This document shows positions 1 through 8,754 of a DNA stretch of 64,000 nucleotides, piece by piece (the first letter of the stretch is position 1; each line of letters starts with the position of its first letter). The notes under the pieces were generated by a model that saw nothing but the letters and a program-made list of their open reading frames with translations, ran no database searches and was not told the DNA's origin. This DNA comes from Blastocladiella emersonii ATCC 22665 (Eukaryota > Fungi > Blastocladiomycota). Location: the NCBI GenBank assembly GCA_025594325.1, contig JANHCV010000002.1:2604001-2668000 (forward strand), in the 5' to 3' direction. The position numbers were made by a program, and so were the translations under genes.

Positions 1-141
1 GATTCCGTCGTGATACGTTGCGTCGTGTTGGTAGTGGTGGCGGGAGGGCGGCCGAGCGTCGTCTTGCCGCAGCGGCGGCGGAGCGGTCTCAGCGGACTCT
101 GCGGCCGCCGGCTGCTGCTGCCAGCCCGCAGAGGCCGACAT
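1..141 (-). CDS. Possible 5' end of a gene running off the left edge
   Basis: Minus-strand ATG at 141 opens MSASAGWQQQPAAAESAETAPPLRQDD... with no stop before position 1. No recognisable domain. Confidence 0.25.
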   Translation of the reverse strand, partial: MSASAGWQQQPAAAESAETAPPPLRQDDARPPSRHHYQHDATYHDGI

Positions 142-1127
142 CTGCTCGCCCGCGATACGGAACGTCGCGAGAAAAATGAGATTAGCGACCACGGTCGAAA
201 AATAAACGGTCGACTCGGAAATTGTCTGACGCGGGTCGGGCTTTGAGCCGCCGAAACCGTCCATTGAGACCCAGCAGCGGCCAGCGCGGCGCGCTGCGTC
301 ACGGACGGTGACGATGGCCGAGCTCGCCGACATCACACCCAGGCATCACTCTTCGAGCTTCGAGGGCGAACACACGCACCTGTTGGGTATCGGTTGACCA
401 AGCGTGTCGTTCAAGTGTCTCGCGCTCTTGAGTTCACGGTGACGAAGCAGGCCCGGTTACGCGTGCGGGATCGGCGGGGCGGGAGAGAAGGACGAAGCGA
501 CTCAGACTCGCTCGCTCGCTCGCGGAGGAGGAGAACCCGCACGCCCATGTCGCGCACCATTGCGGTCCAAGTCGCGCTGCTTCCAGAATCGGCCCGCCTG
601 ATGCGGGCGGAAAACCTCGAGAGTCGTGCCGAACGGCCGTGCGCTCACGTCGGCGGCGGCCGGGACCGACTTCGATGAGTGCCCCCACGCAGGCCACGAG
701 GGTCCGAACCATGACGGAACAACGCACTGCGATTTCAGCGGCCCGGTGGCCGTCGCCGTCGGTGGCCATGGAACACGAGGGTCGTGGCGGCGGCGCCGCG
801 GCGCGTCGCGTGTGTGTGACAGCGTTGGGCCCGCCTCGCCAACACGTTTTCAAGGGATCGGCAGCCAAAACGTGCAGGACCGGCAACACGTTTTCGCGCT
901 GCGCCACAGCGGGCCGCTGAAAACGTGTGGCGGCCGACTTCGCCACCATGGCGCACGCTGTGGCCCCGATGGTTTCGCCGCGAGGTCGCGACGCGCGCGG
1001 CCGTGGCCATGGCCATGACCACCGTCGCGACGAGGGTCGCGAACAACATGATCATACCAGTCACCGCGCTTCTCCATGGGACAGAATCGGTCATAGTCCC
1101 TGAGTATCGCCCTCGCGGTGACGACGC

Positions 1128-1329
1128 GATGGGCCAATTTTTTTCGCGGCTGGCGTGACCCGGCTGCCACTCCTCTCCCAGCTTGGCGCCGTGGCGCCCA
1201 GTCCTTGCGGTCCGGCGCCACACCGGAGGCGGCGCCACAGTCCCCGGCCGAGAGCGCTGACCGCCGAGCCGCAAGCTGGGAGTGGAGTGGCAGCCGGGTC
1301 ACGCCAGCCGCAAAAAAAATTGGCCCATC
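1128..1329. mobile_element. MITE-like 202-bp element with 58-bp terminal inverted repeats
   Basis: 1128-1185 is the reverse complement of 1272-1329 with 2 mismatches. The 86-bp interior is non-coding. Ends read AT-GGGCC...GGCCC-AT. Confidence 0.6.
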
Positions 1330-1618
1330 AGAGCCCCGATCAAGCTTGGGCCTTGTCGGCTCGATTGCTCCCACTGATACTCTTGCGCAATGGGTCATGG
1401 CTGGACTGCAGGTGTATTTGACGCTACTATGACTCAATTATCTGGGTGTACGTGATATCTACGGCATTTGAACTTCATTCAGCGTATCGAGATGCATTAC
1501 CGCACGTGATGTGTGTCTCCAACCAAGGGATGCGCGTTCGTCGCGCCGCTCGTTGCTTCACTTGCCCTCCTCCAACCATCCAGCCCCGTATCTCGGCGCC
1601 CATGTATCTTAGTGCAAC

Positions 1619-3238
1619 ATGATCTTCATCGAGGACTACATCGACAGTGCGCAGTTCGCCCGCTCTGCCGTCCCGTCCACGGGAGGCCTCACACGGGCTT
1701 CGCCGTCCGTCTAGCCGTCGAATCGCTGTCGCCCAACCTGCAGCGGCTCATCTCGCACCTCCGCGAGCTCGACGCATGCGTCTACCGTACGTTCTCGCTG
1801 CCGCGTAAACCTTCGCCCAGCAGCAGCCATTCACTCCCTCACTGCCACCTCGCAGATGCGCACGCCGAGCTCATGGCCGACATGACCGCCTTCTGTGCCT
1901 CGGTTCACTCGCTGTCGCGCGAAGAGCGCGTTGCCAAGCTGCAGTCCATTGAGGCCCGCATGCGCGAGACCTCCGAGCTCGACCAGGAGCGCGCCCTCGT
2001 CGCCATGGCCGCCAAGGAGCTCGTAAACGTGCACGTTGGCCGCGCCAACGATAACTACGCCGCCTTCTGCGAGGAGCTCGCTATTGAGGAGGCCACCATT
2101 GAGCGGAAACGCGCTGCGCCCGAACCCGCCGCGGCGCACTCGGGGAACGACGCGACGGCGTCGCCCGCCAAGAGTACGGTTTACTACGGTTACCGGGAAC
2201 TTGCGACCGCTGACTCCGGAGCGAACCGTGTAGAGCGCGCGAAGCGCGACGAGAACGCCTCCTCGGCCGGCCAAACCGCCGCGTCCAACTCAGCGCGCGG
2301 TGCGGGCGCACCTGCTGCTCGCGCCGGTGCTGCGGCGTCGGCCTCGGGCTCCCGCGGATCCGGCTCGGCGGCGGGTTCCACCAAGTACGCCGCCCCGCCC
2401 GCTGGCAAGTCGTCCACCTCGTCGGCGCAGGGCCAGTCGGGCAAATCCAGCGCCGCCAAGGACACCGGCTCGTCCGGCGCGACGAGTCGGTCGTCGGCGG
2501 AGCGCACCGGCAGCGTGGGTGCCAGCAGCTCAGCCAGCGCGGCCGCACTCGCCGCATCGGCCTCGGCGAGTGGATCCAGCGCTGGGCGCACGGGCCGCGG
2601 CGGCGGCGGGGCCGGGCGGGGTCGCCGCGGTACCGGATCGGCCGCTGCGGACGGCGACGCGGGCGCGGGGAACAACTCGGGGTCCGAGACGCCGACCACC
2701 TCGGGCGCGAACCGCCGGGGCGGGTACGAGACGGGCGCGGCTACGACTGGCCGCAACCGTGTCGCTGGATCGACTGCATCAGGCGCTGCCCCGTCGTCGC
2801 CAGCGGTCGGAGCGGCCGACGAGGACTCGGACGTGGGCGGCGCCGCGAGCCCCGCCAGCGCCATGGCTGTGCACTCGGACCCCGCGGTCGGCGACAGCGG
2901 TGCTGGCGAGCACGAGGGCGAGGAGGAGGAGGAAGAGTACTGCTACTGCCGCAAGGGCACGTGGGTCGGCGACATGGTCGGGTGCGACAGCGAAGGGGTA
3001 CGTTACGGCTCTGCTCCGTTCCGCCGACCCGACCGTTTACTGACTCGCTCAACGCGTGTAGTGCAAGTACGAGTGGTTCCACCTGCAGTGCGTCGGGCTC
3101 AAGAAGGCGCCGCCCGAGGGCGAGCAGTGGATCTGCCCCGACTGCACCCAGCGCCAGGCCGCTGAGGCCGCCGAAGCCGCGGCGGCCGCGGCCGCGGCAA
3201 AGTCGGGTCGCCGGACGCGCGGGCGTAACAACAACTAA
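1619..3238 (+). CDS. ING-family (inhibitor of growth) PHD-finger chromatin protein
   Basis: Spliced N-terminus MIFIEDYIDTVESLSPNLQRLISHLRELD matches the ING N-terminal pattern. C-terminal PHD: YCYCRKG..MVGCDSEG/CKYEWFHLQCVGLKKAP..WICPDC. Inferred introns 1647-1714, 1787-1855, 2174-2233, 2998-3061; stop TAA 3236-3238. Confidence 0.92.
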
Positions 3239-3351
3239 TGTGAATACACTTTGCCTTTTTTTCTTCGAAGATCACTCTTTCATGGCCTTCCGGAGCTGAG
3301 AGCCGGCAACACGGCGCGGAGCAGCGAAGGTGGCGGAGCTTGCTGGCAGGT

Positions 3352-3387
3352 GTGGCTGCGCCACCACGTGCGGTTGACCGACGCGTC
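3352..3387 (+). repeat. 36-bp direct repeat, copy 1
   Basis: gtggctgcgccaccacgtgcggttgaccgacgcgtc, 34/36 identical to 5386-5421. Confidence 0.85.
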
Positions 3388-3618
3388 TGACCTCGTCGGC
3401 CACACAGCGCTCGACGACCGTTTCGACGTATCGTGACGTTTTCCTCACATTCAGGCGGTGCTGCATGTGCGCTGATTTCAGATAGACGTCGCAGGATGGG
3501 TCAAAAAAGAGAGCTTGGCTCCGCAGGTCTTGCTCTCACGGTCCTCTCGCTTCTGCGCTCAAGTTCTGTGGCGGTATCCTTGAGCAAGTTGATGGTGAGA
3601 AATATTAGCAGTGCATGT

Positions 3619-5013
3619 TTACTGAATAGGACACAACGGACGGGGCGGCGGAAGCACCACAGCTGACATCAGGTCGATGACAAGGACGGCGGTGAGGCCG
3701 CCCGCGCCGACTGCGACCTGGATCGGAACCCAGCTCGACCAGTCGGGGATCTGCAGAGCTCGCTGAACCTTGAATCTCGGCGGGCTCATGTCGGTGTCCC
3801 ACTCCCACTCCCACACAATACCCTCCATGCTGATTGCAGCAAATCGTGGCTCGTCAACGGCGGCCGACGCGTCCCACGTCGGGACCTTGTACGTATGTGT
3901 GCCGTTTGAGCCCGTGGTCACCAGGTGGTTGCGGGTGCGGGCAAGAACAAAGTCGTTCGAGCACGATACAGCCAAAATGGTGTCGGGCTCATTGGACGCT
4001 GTCGCTGCGTTTCCCGAAGGGCTCGGCGCAAGCCAGTCTTCGATACTTTGCTGTCACGGCCACTGGCCCTCGGGCAAGATGTCGGCATCAGCACCAGCAT
4101 CTTCTGGGCGTGTCGGCGGCTCGCGATAAATGCAGCTACCCGTCGCGATAATGGCGCCAAGCGAGTCCGTGTGGCCGACCCAGTTGACGTCGCGGTGAGT
4201 GCACGGAGCCGACGTGGTGCCCGTTCCGTCGCCCGTATACTTGACGCACGCGCCCGTGTCCGAGTCGCGAAAGACGATTGACGATCCACCGCCGCCCACC
4301 AGTCCGCAATGAACCGGAATATCGGCTGGAACGAGCTCGGCGTCCATGTCGCCGTCGCTGCGCGGGAGGTACCAGCGGCCGTTGTTACGCTGGAACAGGA
4401 CCGTGGTCGCCGACACGCTAATGCGCACGGCGCCCTGTGTCCACGCTTTCCCGACCAGGCCGCGGTACGTCATGGTGTCCTCGCGCAGGCGGCCGAGCAT
4501 CCACACGGACCTGTCGCTGTGGACCACGAACACGGCGTGCGCCGAGCATGTCACCTGGCGCGCCACGGTTCCCGCGTTGGTGAAGAAAATGGTCCGTGGA
4601 GGGCCAGGAGATCTGAGGCGCGGCGGGTCGGTGATGAGCTCCTCGAGCTCGCCAGTGCCCCAGATCACGACCAAGGGCTGGACCTTCATGGTGGCGCGGT
4701 ACACTTCGCGCATGCGGAACTGCCGAAAGTGCCGCGCGATGCACGCGAAGACGACGGGCGCCAGGTCGGGCTTGTGCCGGGCGAGCAGCGCGCGCCAAAA
4801 CGACTCGTCGGCCGTGACGAGCATGGTGCGCCACGCCCGCGCGACACGGTTGAGCCGGGCCACGTCGCGCGCGGACAGGCGCAACAAGATGCGCTCCTGG
4901 ATATCCGCAGGCAGATCGGGAAGCTGCGTTGGCGCAGGGACCTTTGCGACCGGGATCAGCGTGTCGTTGACTGGCGATGGGCAGCGCGCCGGCGCAAAGC
5001 AGCACGCAAACAT
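3619..5013 (-). CDS. F-box protein with RCC1-like beta-propeller repeats; in-frame TGA at 4054-4056 (possible pseudogene)
   Basis: F-box motif LPDLPADIQERILLRLSARDVARLNRVARAWR. RCC1-like segments VARQVTCSAHAVFVVHSDRSVWMLG and VPIQVAVGAGGLTAVL. ORFs 4054-5157 and 3619-3975 are in the same frame, separated by a single TGA. No intron seen. Confidence 0.65.
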
Positions 5014-5385
5014 GGTAGTGTGATGGTAAGGAAGGTGGCGGCGAGGATTCAGTGCAGGGTCCGGCTGGAGACTAGAGAGTTGTAGCTCGAAAGAGCGCGA
5101 ACAGTACAGACATGCAACGCGGTGCGGTGCCGAGCGCGAGCAGGGTCCCTCCGGCACGAGCCCTCAGATCCAAGCTTCCATCAGCTCCGCGGAACGTGCA
5201 TCCCTGCGTGCATCCCGCATCGGTTCCCGTCCGTGCTTGCACCGCAGCGCGGCGCAGACGCGACTTGGACTTTGGTGCCTCCAGCGGTGGGCAAGGGCTG
5301 TGCGGCGAACGAGGCGGTGGCTGCGGTGAAAGCCGACTCTTTCGCGCATTCCTCCCGGGGGCATCACCCGATGTGACGAGCTAGC

Positions 5386-5421
5386 GTGGCTGCGCCACCA
5401 CGTGCGGTTAACCCACGCGTC
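5386..5421 (+). repeat. 36-bp direct repeat, copy 2
   Basis: gtggctgcgccaccacgtgcggttaacccacgcgtc, matches 3352-3387. Confidence 0.85.
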
Positions 5422-5683
5422 CTAAACTGAACCTTTGAGCGACCGGGAATACTCGCAAGCTTCGTGCTCAACTGAGTGCTTCGGCTTTGGGCGACGAGAT
5501 ATTGCTCAAATAAGGCTCAAGACTCGCACCTCTTACGAAGCTGCGCGAAAGATTCAGGGAGGATAGCGCGTAAGATTACATTCGAGCAAACTCTCAAACC
5601 ACACCAATCGCGATTCAGGCCGCCGACGTGGTCACAGCCATGAGCGGAGCGATCTTCAGCTGCGCCACCGCCTGGGCCGTCAG

Positions 5684-8179
5684 CTAGGGGACCCGGATCT
5701 TGCACTCGAGCTTGGCGATCGTGTCCACCGCGCTGCGCACCTGGCCAAGGGGCACCCGCTCGACCTTGCCGCCTGCACCAGCGCGGAGCTGGACCGCGCC
5801 TGCGAACCCCTCGCGGTAGCCGAGACTGCCGATCTGGTTGTTTGAGCCGCCGCCAAGTGCAGCGTGGATAGCGTCGCGGTACAGCGTGCGGACCTGGTAC
5901 GATGCGTCCTCAAACACGGCGATCGCAACGACGCGGCCCGCAGGTGCCCTCTCGGGGTGGGTCATGTCGTTGAGCATGGCCTCGAGCGGGTAATCGACGA
6001 CACGGTTCACTGGACGGCCGCCGTTCATGCGCTGGATCGACTTGGGCGTTTCCGTGTGCGGCTCGATCTGCCAGTGGTCGACGAGCGCGGGCGCACCGTT
6101 GGCCGGCGCGTTGAAGCTGATGATGTGGATTCCCGAGCACTCGGTGTTGGTCCAGAGCAGACCGCCAATGTTGATGAGCGGCGCGTCGGAGCCGAGCGTG
6201 ACGCGGATCAGGCCGTGCTCCTTCAGGACCGAGTTGAGGCCCATGGACTCGATGGTCAGCTGGCGCTCGTTGAGGACAGGAACCGGCTGGTGCTGCTGCG
6301 GAACGGGCACCTCGACCGGAGCAACAGGAGTCGGTACGGGCTTGGGAGCTGGCGGTGCGGGTGAAGCGGGTGCAGCGGCGGGCTTAGCAGCGGGCGCCAC
6401 TGGAGAAGCGATGGCGACGGGCTCCGAAGCCGGCTTGATCGACTCAGCGACGGGCGCGGGCTTGGTCTCGACGGCGGGAGCGGGGCCCATGAACCCGTTG
6501 AGGATTCGCTGCTTGGCGGCGTCAGGCACGAACAGGTGCGCCTTGACCGTCGCGGCGACAGCGTCGCGGCCCTTGATCTGCGCGAGCGCGGCGAGCTCCT
6601 TGGCGAGGCGGGCCTCGAGCCACTGCACGAGGCACTGGTGCTGGTCCTTGGTCTGCCACGCCACGTACACGACCGGGTACACGTCGAGCGGGTTGGCCTT
6701 GGTGCGGCCGTGCGCGAACACGACGACGCGCAGCACCTTGAGCAGCACCACGATGCCGCGGTCCGTGAGCAGCCACCCGCCGTACGTCTGCTGCGACTGC
6801 GCGCCGAACACGCCCGACTTGCCGCCCGCGAACAGCGAGTCCATCCACGCCGAGCCGCCCTTGCGCACGCCCGTCGAGGCGGTGCTGGTTGAAGTAGATG
6901 CAGCGGTGGCGGGAGGAGGACCGGCGGCGCGGTACTCGGCCTCGCGCAGGAGGGCGCCGTTGATGTACTCGTGCAGGTCCGTGAACAGCGCGAGCATGGC
7001 CGGGTCGGCGAGCACGTTGCCGAGCGCCTGCGCGCGCTTGCTGACGTCGGCCACGTCGCCGAGGTTGATGCGCAGCACGGGCGACGACGACGACGACGTG
7101 TCGGTACCGAGGAAGCCGAGCAGCGCGAGCCGCGTGGTCGGGCTGACGTAGTCGACGAACACGCGCAGCGGGAAGCGGTCCATGAGCGCGGCCTGCGACG
7201 CCTCGAGCGGCACCTCGTTGGACGCGCCGAAGCACACGTGCAGCGGCGTGTCGACCATGGTGGAGCCGTTGGCGATGCGGCGCTCGTTGAGGATGGTCAT
7301 GAGGCACGACAGCGTCGCCTTGGACGCCTTGAAGATCTCGTCGAGGAAGGCCAGCTCCGTGTCGGCGAGCATGCCGCCGAGGTTGCGCTGCGACACGCTG
7401 ACGGTGGTCAGCGACTGCACGTCGATCGGGCCGATCAGGTCGTCGACGGTCGAGGTGGCGTGCAGCGTGGTCGAAAAGTGCGGGCGCGGCGTGACGATGC
7501 GCTTCATGGTCTCGTTGACGGCGTACGACTTGGCGGTGCCGGGCGGGCCGAGCAGCAGCACGTTCTGGCCCGAGAGCACGCTGAGCAGCAGCACGCGCAC
7601 GGCCTCGTCGCGGTCGAGCAGCGAGCCGCACAGCTGGTCGACGAGCTGGGTCAGCTCGGCGTGGTTGAAGGCGTTGTTCTTGTCCTGGAGGATGAGCGGG
7701 ATGACCTTCTCGGCCTTGACGCCGCCCAACGACGACGACGACGACGACTTGTTCTTGGCGGCGAGAGCGGCGGCCTTGGCCGACTCGGCGGCGGCGTGGG
7801 CCTCGAGCGCGGCGATCAGAGCCGTCGGGCACTCGGCGTCGGCGACGACCGCGTACCAGTCGCTGGCGAGCGTCGAGCGGAGCAGCGCGCAGTAGGCGAA
7901 CTGCAGGTCGCGGGCCTCGGCGCGGGCGTCGGCGTCCGAGCTCAGCTTGTGCAGCGACTTGAGGCGGGCGGCGAGCTGCGTGACGAGGGCCTCGGTCGGC
8001 ACGGCGGCGGGATCGGTGCCGCGCGCGGGCATGAGGAACTTGCACCCGTCGGCGGCGAGCATGTCCTCGACGCGGGCGCGCCACGACGGCCACGCGCGCG
8101 CGGACGTGAGGTCCTGCAGCGTCGTGATGGTGTCGGTCAGCGGCGAGTGCACGCGGCGCGTCTGCTGCTTGGTGGCCAT
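5684..8179 (-). CDS. RavA/MoxR-type AAA+ ATPase (831 aa) with Gag-like N-terminus and C-terminal ILEI/PANDER-like domain
   Basis: EAVRVLLLSVLSGQNVLLLGPPGTAKS (Walker A, AKS variant), AFLDEIFKAS (Walker B), ILNERR, GASNEVP..ALMDRFPLRVFVDYV: the RavA-subfamily pattern. Pro/Ala linker, then GIHIISF...VAIAVFEDAS...LGGGSNNQIGSLGYREGFAG. Single exon. Confidence 0.88.
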   Translation of the reverse strand: MATKQQTRRVHSPLTDTITTLQDLTSARAWPSWRARVEDMLAADGCKFLMPARGTDPAAVPTEALVTQLAARLKSLHKLSSDADARAEARDLQFAYCALLRSTLASDWYAVVADAECPTALIAALEAHAAAESAKAAALAAKNKSSSSSSLGGVKAEKVIPLILQDKNNAFNHAELTQLVDQLCGSLLDRDEAVRVLLLSVLSGQNVLLLGPPGTAKSYAVNETMKRIVTPRPHFSTTLHATSTVDDLIGPIDVQSLTTVSVSQRNLGGMLADTELAFLDEIFKASKATLSCLMTILNERRIANGSTMVDTPLHVCFGASNEVPLEASQAALMDRFPLRVFVDYVSPTTRLALLGFLGTDTSSSSSPVLRINLGDVADVSKRAQALGNVLADPAMLALFTDLHEYINGALLREAEYRAAGPPPATAASTSTSTASTGVRKGGSAWMDSLFAGGKSGVFGAQSQQTYGGWLLTDRGIVVLLKVLRVVVFAHGRTKANPLDVYPVVYVAWQTKDQHQCLVQWLEARLAKELAALAQIKGRDAVAATVKAHLFVPDAAKQRILNGFMGPAPAVETKPAPVAESIKPASEPVAIASPVAPAAKPAAAPASPAPPAPKPVPTPVAPVEVPVPQQHQPVPVLNERQLTIESMGLNSVLKEHGLIRVTLGSDAPLINIGGLLWTNTECSGIHIISFNAPANGAPALVDHWQIEPHTETPKSIQRMNGGRPVNRVVDYPLEAMLNDMTHPERAPAGRVVAIAVFEDASYQVRTLYRDAIHAALGGGSNNQIGSLGYREGFAGAVQLRAGAGGKVERVPLGQVRSAVDTIAKLECKIRVP

Positions 8180-8754
8180 GGTAGTGGTGCGTGACGAGTG
8201 CTGCAGGTCGGGTCGCGCGGCCGATTACCGGACGATCGAGGAGGGGAGACGGGAGAGGGAGCGCGGCGAAGGTTGAGCGACGGGCTTGCTGGTCCTGGAG
8301 GAGAATCCGAAGGGTATGTTCGGGCAAAGTGGCCGCTTCCAGCCACAGGATTCGGCGGAACAACGGATGTGCACGCGGTTCGAGAAGGCGCCGGGTTTGG
8401 GGGCGCTCGGGAACAGCGAAACCCAATAGCAGGGAAGCGCTGGGATCTGCGGGCCGGCGAGATGGCGCAGTCGCGGAAGTCAGATCGGCTTCGACGGACC
8501 GCCGTTCACGCTCGCTCTCTCGTCCTCGCCGACCTCTTCACGCCGTCGCGGGCTCTCGGGTCTCCACGCATCCGGCCCACTCGGCGCGCCGCTTCACGTC
8601 CTCGCCGTTGCTCCGCCTGTGTCCAAGCAGCCGTCGTGTGCTCCTCGGTCAGCGCTCGCATCAACAACTGTGCGTGCGGCGCGTCTCGCACGTCCCCCGA
8701 TCTCGTCTGGCTGACCCACGCGCCCCGCCTTGCCTAGTTGGGCGACCACCCGGA

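Noticed and set aside
434-1274. Overlapping short ORFs, one with a signal-peptide-like MLFATLVATVVMAMATA
   Set aside because: No consistent frame, codon bias or domain; partly overlaps the MITE-like element.
1513-1618. Upstream extension of the 550-aa ORF
   Set aside because: The ING-like start at 1619 plus an intron explains the region better.
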